64,000 bases of DNA from a virus: positions 42,649 to 106,648 of the IMG/VR virus record IMGVR_UViG_3300017991_000007. One strand, 5' to 3'. Of this stretch, positions 1 to 7,304 are shown in pieces. The notes beneath the pieces are model-generated. The model did not search any database. It had not been told where the DNA came from and saw only the letters and a list, made by a program, of their open reading frames with translations. Both the position numbers and the translations under genes were made by a program. Position 1 is the stretch's first letter. Each line of letters opens with the position of its first letter.

Positions 1-1
1 T

Positions 2-466
2 GAGGGAAGTCTAAACTTTAACGAGCTTGAGGCGAAAATCAAAGATTTCGTTGACGCTCTTTCGGTACCGGTGAAAGTGTCGGTTGGAGAGGGTGAGGAT
101 GGTCTGTTCGCCGTGATCGAATACGGTACCGACCTTGCCGGTGCGGGTCTTGTTGGTCCGGCGGGTCCGGCGGGTCCGGCGGGTGATCCAACCGTTCTTT
201 ACCCGGTGGAATTTGTCGGGTCCAACGGTGCGGGTCCATGCACCCCGGCCTCAAAATCGGATGAGGCAATCAACGTGGGTGACAAGCTGGTTCATATCGT
301 TGGATATGTGACGGCTGCGGGTACCTTCGTTGCTACCCCCACATTGGCTGAGGCTATTGGTTCGGCTGATTTCGATTCGCTGATTACGGCGGGTCCGGTT
401 GTTACGCAGAATAATGTAGCGAATTGGTCCACCAATACCTACATTGCGTTGGTTGCTCGTACCTAA
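2..466 (+). CDS. Hypothetical, probably virion-associated protein with a short collagen-like (GPA)3 repeat; 5' end lies outside the window
   Basis: The frame of track ORF 71..466 is open back to position 2 (EGSLNFNELEAKIKDF...). Followed by an intrinsic terminator. Confidence 0.7.
   Translation, partial: EGSLNFNELEAKIKDFVDALSVPVKVSVGEGEDGLFAVIEYGTDLAGAGLVGPAGPAGPAGDPTVLYPVEFVGSNGAGPCTPASKSDEAINVGDKLVHIVGYVTAAGTFVATPTLAEAIGSADFDSLITAGPVVTQNNVANWSTNTYIALVART
155..184 (+). repeat. 9-bp tandem repeat GGTCCGGCG x3, encoding GPAGPAGPAG
   Basis: Read directly from the sequence. Confidence 0.9.
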
Positions 467-487
467 GTAACCGAGCATTTACAGTGG

Positions 488-518
488 AAAGCCCCGGCGT
501 AAAAACCGGGGCTTTTTA
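488..518 (+). terminator. Rho-independent terminator, possibly bidirectional
   Basis: AAAGCCCCGG-cgtaaaaa-CCGGGGCTTTTT, between convergent units. Confidence 0.85.
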
Positions 519-520
519 TT

Positions 521-691
521 AAGAGGGGGATAGGCATTTCAGCCTACCGTTTCCGCTTACTTGTATGAACGGCAATTCTCCAAAAGGTACCCGCCGGTAC
601 ATCTTGGCCTCAGCGGTGTTTTTCAATAACCCGGTCCTAAAGTCGGTTGCCGCCAACCATTACCCCCGAATCACCTCAAACTACCCCTCTT
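521..691 (-). ncRNA. Candidate structured ncRNA (about 170 nt) with a closing stem and 3' hairpin
   Basis: Minus strand 5'-AAGAGGGG pairs with CCCCTCTT-3'. Adjacent hairpin GGTAGGC-TGAAAT-GCCTATC; internal hairpins GGTTG/CAACC, CCAAGA.GTACC/GGTAC.TTTTGG and CCGTT/AACGG. No credible ORF. Confidence 0.45.
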
Positions 692-835
692 AGCAAATCA
701 AAGAAATAACGGCTTGCTCCCCGTGCCTACCGCCTGAATCAGCCCCAAAAATCCTTTGCTGAAACTTCCCTATCGGGTACCTCTAGTTAAGCGGGTAAAA
801 ACCCCGAAACGCCCCTAGTCGTATTTCAAAAGTAA

Positions 836-932
836 GGCGGGATGAGCCGGGGATTCAAACCCCGTCGCCATTGTAGCGGCTTTACCATTCGTGATCATAT
901 CCGTTTGCAACCGGATACTCCCACCTCATCCC
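836..932 (-). ncRNA. Non-canonical tRNA-like RNA (97 nt)
   Basis: Minus strand: 8-bp terminal stem GGGATGAG/CTCATCCC then GCC; T-arm CGGGG-TTTGAAT-CCCCG; D-loop-like GAATGGTAAA; hairpins TATCCG-GTTGCAAA-CGGATA and GCCG-CTACAA-TGGC. No canonical D stem, no encoded CCA. Confidence 0.6.
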
Positions 933-1096
933 TACTCTCTTGAGAGGTCTTTTTTCATTTCCCTCTTGAATACCCTGCGGGTCTTACGGCGCAAGGCTTT
1001 CCGTTCTTTTCCGGGTGGGGGTCCGCAGCATGAACAATTCATCCCGCCGGGTCCAACCCATTTCCAAGAGGTTTTCTTGAATTCATCTATTGTCAT
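932..1096 (-). CDS. Small basic Cys-containing protein, 54 aa (MTIDEFKKTSWKWVGPGGMNCSCCGPPPGKERKALRRK...); not in the ORF track
   Basis: Translated by hand; its ATG overlaps the TGA of the upstream minus-strand gene (ATGA coupling). Confidence 0.65.
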   Translation of the reverse strand: MTIDEFKKTSWKWVGPGGMNCSCCGPPPGKERKALRRKTRRVFKREMKKDLSRE

Positions 1097-1293
1097 TTTC
1101 GCTCATTCCTTTCCCAAAAAAGATCATCCCACATTTCAACCGCCTCAGCTTTGGTGCGTCCTAACGGTCCCTCAGAGTCACAACTTATGCAAGCTACTCT
1201 GAAACCTACTATCATCGGAGCGCAACCGGCGGGTGGGCTTTCCTCCATTTCAGCCCAAAGCATACCGGAGCCGCCTAAGCACTCAAAGCACAA
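1093..1293 (-). CDS. Lar-like (restriction alleviation family) zinc-binding protein; start uncertain
   Basis: CxxC...FRVACISCDSEGPLGRTKAEAVEMW resembles the Lar pattern VxCxxC..GP...T..EA...W; first gene after the leftward promoter. Confidence 0.5.
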   Translation of the reverse strand: MCFECLGGSGMLWAEMEESPPAGCAPMIVGFRVACISCDSEGPLGRTKAEAVEMWDDLFWERNERK

Positions 1294-1366
1294 CTCCTTT
1301 GGTTTTGGCTCATTTCGTACCCCATTTTGAGGCTCCTTTCATGCAAACTGATTATCAACTGACTGC

Positions 1367-1395
1367 ATCATAACAACGCTCTTTTGGTGTGTCAA
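1367..1395 (-). promoter_or_regulatory. Leftward sigma70 promoter
   Basis: Minus strand TTGACA-17 nt-TATGAT with extended -10 TG. Confidence 0.85.
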
Positions 1396-1403
1396 GTAAA
1401 AAG

Positions 1404-1417
1404 TGCAATTGCTTGCA
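1404..1417. promoter_or_regulatory. TGCA-N6-TGCA box between divergent promoters
   Basis: TGCAattgctTGCA; same motif at 6513, 27673, 47692 and 53146. Confidence 0.7.
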
Positions 1418-1435
1418 TTTTTTCTTAAAAAATAC

Positions 1436-1464
1436 TTGACACGGCTATTTAGGTGTGTTAGGGT
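1436..1464 (+). promoter_or_regulatory. Rightward sigma70 promoter
   Basis: TTGACA-17 nt-TAGGGT with extended -10 TG. Confidence 0.8.
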
Positions 1465-1507
1465 TAAGATAGGTTGAAAACTTGGCAACTGAAAAGGGGT
1501 AGCAAAA

Positions 1508-1852
1508 ATGTTAAACGAACACTTTTTAGTGATTGCGGGCAACGGGGGTCAACATGACGCTGAGGTTACTGAATTAACCTCTCAGGGTGTGGACCTTTGC
1601 CGTGTGCAACGTATTCAACACGGGCGGGGGCGGCGTACTGCGGAATTGGTAAGGACTATTTACGGATGGTCCGTCCGTCACGGTAGCGGCCTCAATAATT
1701 TCGGGATCATGCGTCATTCGTGTCCTTTTGAGGATGCCGTTCAATTCGGTATCAATTGGGCAAACCGTGATCCTGATAATCGGGAATTTTTTGTCCGGCG
1801 GTCTGCATTCAGCAATATGACTGAGGATGACCGGCGGTTAATTGGTGCGTAA
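1508..1852 (+). CDS. Hypothetical early protein
   Basis: RBS AAGGGGTAG; directly after the promoter. Confidence 0.75.
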   Translation: MLNEHFLVIAGNGGQHDAEVTELTSQGVDLCRVQRIQHGRGRRTAELVRTIYGWSVRHGSGLNNFGIMRHSCPFEDAVQFGINWANRDPDNREFFVRRSAFSNMTEDDRRLIGA

Positions 1853-1869
1853 GAAACGGGGGTAGCAAA

Positions 1870-2115
1870 ATGGAAACGACACGAATTGAACGTACACGAA
1901 TTGAGCCAACCGACTCAATGACACCGCAAGAGCTACTTGAGGCTGCGAATGTCATTATGAATCGGGTTGCAGCGGACCCTGAGAGGTTGCCTTTCGCTGA
2001 GGCAGTGCGTATCAACACGCTCTTGCTTGAGGCTGAAAGGACCGGACGGGATTACGATTGGGAAGTGCTTGAGGTTGCAATCCTGCAATTCCAAGAGGCG
2101 CACGGGGATGCCTAA
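1870..2115 (+). CDS. Hypothetical protein
   Basis: RBS GGGGGTAG; operon packing. Confidence 0.75.
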   Translation: METTRIERTRIEPTDSMTPQELLEAANVIMNRVAADPERLPFAEAVRINTLLLEAERTGRDYDWEVLEVAILQFQEAHGDA

Positions 2116-2539
2116 AGGTGACTGCTTTCAGGCAGCTTTTAACCTACTCCATGATATGAGGGATGCCTACTTAGTTCATGCGGTCTGCATAGGCAGGGGC
2201 GGGGCTATTACGGGCATTCCTTTTATCCATGCGTGGGTAGAGAAAGATCATACCGTATTCGATTATTCCAATGATACTGAGGATGAGATTTTTGCGGACT
2301 TGTACTATGGGATAGGTAACGTCCGTTGGATACGAAAATATGATTTTGATGCGGCGTGTCATAGAGCCGTGGCAACGGAAATCTATGGACCTTGGGATAT
2401 TGACGTGGACTCTGATACCGGGGATATCTTTGACTGCTTTCCGGGTAAGGGTGATCCTATAAAAAATGCCTTTGATCCTTGGACCTATTGTAGAGGTCTT
2501 TGGGGGATCAAGGATATCTTGGGAGTTAGAGTTGGATAA
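2108..2539 (+). CDS. Hypothetical protein with Cys and HAW motifs (possible transglutaminase/papain-like triad)
   Basis: Start moved to the ATG overlapping the upstream stop; GDCF...LVH...HAWVE...FD. Confidence 0.65.
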   Translation: MPKGDCFQAAFNLLHDMRDAYLVHAVCIGRGGAITGIPFIHAWVEKDHTVFDYSNDTEDEIFADLYYGIGNVRWIRKYDFDAACHRAVATEIYGPWDIDVDSDTGDIFDCFPGKGDPIKNAFDPWTYCRGLWGIKDILGVRVG

Positions 2540-3392
2540 GACGTGTAAGACTTGTAAGCACCGTTTTATAGACTATGGTACGCAAAATTGCTGGCATACA
2601 CGCCGGGAAATACCTCTTGAGGGAACGTGTGAAAAGTGGGAGTCAAAGATGACTGAAACAATAACGATACCGTCTGAGAGTAAAATGTGCGGCTTGTGCA
2701 AGCATTTCAATTGGGATGAGTTGTACGATAGGGGCTTGGAAAAGCCTTTTCCGGCCAACGTCAAATCCTCTTGTCTTGAGAGTGTGGGTACGCTCGTAAA
2801 AGCAAATGGTTTGGGAATACCGGGCATAAATAAGTGCGACTTTTTTGAGGCTGCGGGTACTGCCCCTACTCCGAAAGGTAGAAAAAGACCGGTATCGGGT
2901 GGGGATTTTAAGAAAAAGGCTGAGGCTTTTTTAGAGATTCTAAGAGAGTTGAATCCGGGTATGCCGGTAGAGGCAATCAAAGACTTGACTGAGTTTTCGC
3001 TAAAGGCTGCGGATAGAGGTCATGCTTTGGGGGTGATCATGGATGATGATAAGACCGGTACTGAGGTCAATTTTAGCGTTCCTAAGAATGCTGGTAGTGT
3101 AGAGAGGGATGAATTTAGTCTGAGTTGGGCGGTTACGCCGGGGTATGAGTACAACGGCGTAAAAGTAGTTGTGGGGTGGGGAGCGGGAGATTTTACTGAA
3201 ACCACAACGGTAGCGCACTTGCTCCAAGTTTTAGAGACACACCATGACGATACTGCTTTTATTGATATGGAGCATTTCAGGCTTGGTACGCCGGGATGCA
3301 AGCTTGTTATAACCAAGGGGGAGCTACTTTCTGCCCTTGAGGAATCCGGGGCATTGGCAGCTTACGATAGGGTAAGGGAGAGTGAGGAATGA
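2532..3392 (+). CDS. Hypothetical protein with two N-terminal CxxCKH motifs; start uncertain
   Basis: Track ORF 2466..3392; TTG at 2532 has GGAG upstream. Confidence 0.65.
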   Translation: MDKTCKTCKHRFIDYGTQNCWHTRREIPLEGTCEKWESKMTETITIPSESKMCGLCKHFNWDELYDRGLEKPFPANVKSSCLESVGTLVKANGLGIPGINKCDFFEAAGTAPTPKGRKRPVSGGDFKKKAEAFLEILRELNPGMPVEAIKDLTEFSLKAADRGHALGVIMDDDKTGTEVNFSVPKNAGSVERDEFSLSWAVTPGYEYNGVKVVVGWGAGDFTETTTVAHLLQVLETHHDDTAFIDMEHFRLGTPGCKLVITKGELLSALEESGALAAYDRVRESEE

Positions 3393-3793
3393 AACGGTTG
3401 ATTCGATATGGATTGCATAATGTGGATACTTGGGGTCCAAAGAGGGTCCGTATTCGCTTGAATAAGCTAATGCCTATTGAAACGCATTTTGATGGTGTGA
3501 ATTGGTTTGCAACGGCTTGCGGCGGGGTCATTAAAGGTGATACGGAAATCTTTGACGATAAGACTGAGGCACGGGCAATTTGGGATTTGCGGCAAGAGAT
3601 TGGTGGGCTTGTGGGTAGGGATCATTTTATGTACGCAAGAAATGATTTTACGGAAAAAGGGATGCGGTCTTTTGAGCGGGAACGGGATGCCCTTATGCCT
3701 TTCTTACCTGAGAATAAATGGCCTTTTGCTGCGGTGATTGAGGAAAAGTACGGATATAAATCTAAAAGACTTGACAACCCGAAAACGGGGTAG
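3389..3793 (+). CDS. Hypothetical protein
   Basis: ATGA overlap with the upstream gene. Confidence 0.7.
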   Translation: MKRLIRYGLHNVDTWGPKRVRIRLNKLMPIETHFDGVNWFATACGGVIKGDTEIFDDKTEARAIWDLRQEIGGLVGRDHFMYARNDFTEKGMRSFERERDALMPFLPENKWPFAAVIEEKYGYKSKRLDNPKTG

Positions 3794-3799
3794 TAGAGT
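3771..3799 (+). promoter_or_regulatory. sigma70 promoter
   Basis: TTGACA-17 nt-TAGAGT. Confidence 0.7.
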
Positions 3800-3831
3800 A
3801 AATCGTTAGTAACAATTAAGGGGTAGAATCC

Positions 3832-4065
3832 TTGTCTTTGATCCAGAAAGATATGAAAGGTGATTTGGGGGGAGTAGCCTGTATTCGTGATACACGCATT
3901 GCCGTGTGGGAAGTTGTCAGGCTATGGCGAATGAACCTTTTGGACAAGGATGTTTTCAAGCAATATCCAGAACTAACAAAAGAGGATTTAGAGGCTGCTT
4001 GGCAATACTATCTCAAGCATTCCTCTGAGATTCTAGGGGAAATTCAGAAACGGAAAGAGGGGTAG
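3832..4065 (+). CDS. DUF433-family protein (antitoxin-like HTH)
   Basis: GGVACIRDTRIAVWEVV...QYPELTKEDLEAAWQY matches the DUF433 pattern GG.P.I.GTRI.V...YP.L..EDI.AAL.Y. Confidence 0.85.
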   Translation: MSLIQKDMKGDLGGVACIRDTRIAVWEVVRLWRMNLLDKDVFKQYPELTKEDLEAAWQYYLKHSSEILGEIQKRKEG

Positions 4066-4068
4066 AAA

Positions 4069-4566
4069 ATGGTTAAGGCAACCAAACCGCCGAGTGTGTC
4101 CGATTCAATTTTTGAGGGCAAACAGTACGTCCAAAAAGGGATGAAAAACGGGGGCGTGAAATGCCCTTGCTGCGGTAAAAAGGCAAAGATTTGGACACGG
4201 GGAATCACCTCATCAATGGCAAAATCGCTGATTAACTTGGTGCGCCGTTACCTGAAAGAGAGAAAGGCGTATCATATCAGTCAGTTTTATGCCAAAACAT
4301 CCGGCTCTTGGGGTGGTGATTTCGCTCTTATGCGTCATTGGGGATTGATTGAGGGTGTATATGATCCCAAGACCGGAAAACGCATTCAAGCAATGTGGAC
4401 ACCCACAGACAAGGGGATTGATTTTGTTTTGGGCAAGATCAGGGTAATCCGGTCTGCGGATACCTACAATGGAAAAATCCTTGCATGGTCTGAGGATAAG
4501 GTGGATATCAGGGATGCCCTTGGTAACAAATTCGATTATGATAAGCTGGTAGCGGGGCTGCTTTAA
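4069..4566 (+). CDS. Hypothetical basic protein (CPCCG motif, possible winged helix)
   Basis: RBS GAGGGGTAG. Confidence 0.75.
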   Translation: MVKATKPPSVSDSIFEGKQYVQKGMKNGGVKCPCCGKKAKIWTRGITSSMAKSLINLVRRYLKERKAYHISQFYAKTSGSWGGDFALMRHWGLIEGVYDPKTGKRIQAMWTPTDKGIDFVLGKIRVIRSADTYNGKILAWSEDKVDIRDALGNKFDYDKLVAGLL

Positions 4567-5183
4567 TGCAAGTGGCAAAAGAGGTCCAAGTAAAAGCTTA
4601 CACTCTAGCGGACGGTAATATTGATATGGAGGCTCTTTTTTGGGCTATGTTCCCGTCCGTTTTTATTCCAGACCGGTCCACTCTTACGGTTTATCTTGAG
4701 TCCTTTGGAAAAGTCTTTGATCCTGCGGCGGCAAAAGCAGCCTGTATTAATGCAGCGGCCTTATTCGATAAGCCCCCAAACATGGCAGGGAGCGGGGAGG
4801 AATTCGGTAAGTCTCAGGCTTTGGCAGATATGATCAGAGGTCCGAGCGGGTATATGGTTACGGATGCTTTGCAGGATACTTTCAAGACGTGGGCTGAGGG
4901 GTTGATTGCGGGTGCTGAAATTCGTATGAGTAATAAGATAACCGACCTCAAAGCCGTGCTTGATACCAAAGACAATAAAGGCAGACAAGCGATTGAACTC
5001 AAGGCGGGCAGTACCCATATTCTCGTACATGCAGACGGATTCTATTTCAACGGTGAAAAGCGGGATGATCCTTTTGGAGTCTATGACGCTTTTGTAAGTT
5101 TTCTTGAGGAATCGGGGCATATTGACCCGGAAAAGGTCTTTGCGGATGCCACGAAAACTGAGGATGATGAGGATGAGGAATAG
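4566..5183 (+). CDS. Hypothetical protein with an acidic tail
   Basis: TAATG coupling to the upstream gene. Confidence 0.75.
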   Translation: MQVAKEVQVKAYTLADGNIDMEALFWAMFPSVFIPDRSTLTVYLESFGKVFDPAAAKAACINAAALFDKPPNMAGSGEEFGKSQALADMIRGPSGYMVTDALQDTFKTWAEGLIAGAEIRMSNKITDLKAVLDTKDNKGRQAIELKAGSTHILVHADGFYFNGEKRDDPFGVYDAFVSFLEESGHIDPEKVFADATKTEDDEDEE

Positions 5184-5272
5184 TGTGGTATGCTTTATCT
5201 TTTTTCGCAGGGCTGTCCGTGGGAATATTCATAATGGCGATTGCAAATATGCTGAGGGATGATGAATGGTAA
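5183..5272 (+). CDS. 29-aa single-helix membrane peptide (MWYALSFFAGLSVGIFIMAIANMLRDDEW); not in the ORF track
   Basis: Translated by hand; GTG overlaps the upstream TAG and the ORF fills the gap exactly. Confidence 0.55.
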   Translation: MWYALSFFAGLSVGIFIMAIANMLRDDEW

Positions 5273-5565
5273 GTCAAGGTAACGGTGAAAGCCGGAAATT
5301 GAAAATTGTGCGGACGGGGTTGCTTGCCGTCATGTTGCAGATTGTTGTTGGTCTTTTCGCAGTTGGGTATTTCCCGGTTGAAAAGGCTGCGGTAGTCGGA
5401 CAAATACTGGCAGCATCCCTTACCGTAACGGGAATCATTTGTGGGGGCTATGTTGGAATTCAGGGTTGGGCAGATGGACGTGCTGTTACCGGGCATTATC
5501 ATGCTCAAGCCAACCCGAATATAGCCGCAACTAATTCAATAGGAGAGGATGAGCAAGCAGTATGA
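5266..5565 (+). CDS. Two-TM membrane protein (holin-like topology)
   Basis: Two hydrophobic segments. Confidence 0.65.
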   Translation: MVSQGNGESRKLKIVRTGLLAVMLQIVVGLFAVGYFPVEKAAVVGQILAASLTVTGIICGGYVGIQGWADGRAVTGHYHAQANPNIAATNSIGEDEQAV

Positions 5566-5870
5566 GCCAAAGAAGTAATAACAAGCACCGACTGAGGCAG
5601 GGACAGGTTTGCCGAATACTTAATTTTTCATCCCCACGTCTGAGTGTTCTGCGGAATGAGGGGCGGCTTAGGGAAACGGGGATAGATAAGCAAGGTCGGT
5701 ATTGGAGTCCGCAAACTATTATGACTTATGTTGAATTTCAAGAAAGGGCCGGACGTTTGGAGGATGCAGCCACGTATCGAAAAATGGTTCAACAGAGATT
5801 GCGAGAGGAAATGTACGGATTAGAACATCATGCAGCGGCGGGCAGACCCGCAAAAGGAGATAGCAAATGA
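5562..5870 (+). CDS. Small DNA-binding protein, MerR/excisionase-like HTH
   Basis: LRQGQVCRILNFSSPRLSVLRNEGRL...GRYWSPQTI. Confidence 0.55.
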   Translation: MSQRSNNKHRLRQGQVCRILNFSSPRLSVLRNEGRLRETGIDKQGRYWSPQTIMTYVEFQERAGRLEDAATYRKMVQQRLREEMYGLEHHAAAGRPAKGDSK

Positions 5871-6508
5871 TATTGACAGGCAGCGAGATTGAGAAAGAAG
5901 TGAAAGCCGGGAAAATCATTATTGACCCGTTTGACCCGGAATGCTTGGGACCGAATTCCTATGATATCGCTTTGGGACCAAACATTAAACTTTATGAGTT
6001 GGCTCCCCCGGATTCACTCATTCGGCAACGTACCATTATGAGTACGGATGGAAAACCAATACAAGCAGTGGTACCGTCCGTAATTGACCCCTCAGACCCG
6101 AATCATCCTATCTTTGATGTTGTCATGCCTGAGAGTGGGTTGATCCTTTGGCCGGATAAGCTTTACCTTGCACATACGGTAGAGGCGTTTGGCAGTGATC
6201 ATTTCGTACCCCGAATTACCGGGCGGTCAAGTTTTGGCCGGTACGGTGTAAATGTGCATTGCACTGCGGGCTTTGGTGATCTTGGTTATAAGTCTCAGTG
6301 GACCTTGGAAATTACGGTCATGCAGCCTATCCTTTTAAGACCGGGTATGCGTATCGCACAAGCGTATTTCTATGAGGTCAAAGGAGAGAAAACCAAGCTT
6401 TACCGGGGCAAGTATCTGAATGCCAAAGGTGTGATTGAAAGCCGTGCTTATGAGGAAATCAAGAAACCGGCTCCCCCGCAGCAACCGGGTAGTCAGCAAA
6501 AACATTAA
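5867..6508 (+). CDS. dcd: dCTP deaminase
   Basis: MILTGSEI, GPNSYD, GRSSFGRYG, AGFGDLGY, TLEI, RIAQ and YxGKY motifs. Confidence 0.92.
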   Translation: MILTGSEIEKEVKAGKIIIDPFDPECLGPNSYDIALGPNIKLYELAPPDSLIRQRTIMSTDGKPIQAVVPSVIDPSDPNHPIFDVVMPESGLILWPDKLYLAHTVEAFGSDHFVPRITGRSSFGRYGVNVHCTAGFGDLGYKSQWTLEITVMQPILLRPGMRIAQAYFYEVKGEKTKLYRGKYLNAKGVIESRAYEEIKKPAPPQQPGSQQKH

Positions 6509-6512
6509 AAAG

Positions 6513-6563
6513 TGCAAGCGAGTGCATTTTTTACTTGACAAGGCTCTTTTGCATTGTTATGGT
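6513..6563 (+). promoter_or_regulatory. TGCA-N6-TGCA box plus sigma70 promoter
   Basis: Box 6513-6526, 8-nt gap, TTGACA 6535, 17 nt, TATGGT 6558 (extended -10). Confidence 0.85.
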
Positions 6564-6606
6564 TAGGCAAGTTGATTGAAACGCAAACTTGCAAAGGGGT
6601 ATGCAA

Positions 6607-7215
6607 ATGGCGAAAGCTAAGGCAACTAAGAAAAAAGAGGTCACTGAGATTCCTTTCACTGAGGATATTCAGACTCTTTTTACTGCGACAATGGCTACCG
6701 CTGAGGAATTGAAGGGTGGTACGGTTAAACCGAATACTGAGGATGCTCTTTTCATCCATGCCGGTTACAAGGGCATTGAAAAGGCTGCAAAGGCCGGTAT
6801 TGATGCAGTACGTCCGATTCTCCAAAAGGCGGCTGAGGATACTGAGGGTGGTACTTTTGAGGGTGCCAACGGGAAAGCTACCTATACATGGATTCAGGGT
6901 GACGATACCGTGAATTTCACTGAGGCAACTACCGAATTGCTTGAGCAAAAAGGTGTCTTGGATGATAGCGTGGTTATCCATGCGACTCTCAAACCGGGCG
7001 TTGAAGTGGAAAAGATAACCGAAAAAGAGCTTGAGGTTATTCAAAAATACTTCGATGTAGAGTACACTCTTTCCCATGAAAAAATTGCGGCTCAAGTCAC
7101 TCTTGAAAAACTCACTCAAGAGGAATTGGACGCAACGGTAGAGCGTGTTCCTGCAAAGGGTTACGGTAGGCTGAATGTCACACCGGCAAAAGAGGTTAAG
7201 AAGTCTTTTTCCTAA
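6607..7215 (+). CDS. Hypothetical protein in its own transcription unit
   Basis: Own promoter, RBS AAGGGGT, downstream terminator. Confidence 0.8.
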   Translation: MAKAKATKKKEVTEIPFTEDIQTLFTATMATAEELKGGTVKPNTEDALFIHAGYKGIEKAAKAGIDAVRPILQKAAEDTEGGTFEGANGKATYTWIQGDDTVNFTEATTELLEQKGVLDDSVVIHATLKPGVEVEKITEKELEVIQKYFDVEYTLSHEKIAAQVTLEKLTQEELDATVERVPAKGYGRLNVTPAKEVKKSFS

Positions 7216-7250
7216 GCCTCTAAGACACACCGGATTGATAAACTCTTTAT

Positions 7251-7286
7251 AAGACGTAAGGGTGTAATGCCCTTGCGTCTTTTTTG
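7251..7286 (+). terminator. Rho-independent terminator
   Basis: AAGACGTAAGGGT-gtaat-GCCCTTGCGTCTT followed by a T run. Confidence 0.85.
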
Positions 7287-7304
7287 CTTTGAGGGATAGG
7301 TGCT

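Noticed and set aside
836-932. Canonical tRNA-Cys, tRNA-Sec or tmRNA
   Set aside because: No D stem, arm order and lengths do not fit, no UCA anticodon, no G3-U70 pair or tag ORF, and too short for tmRNA; kept only as tRNA-like
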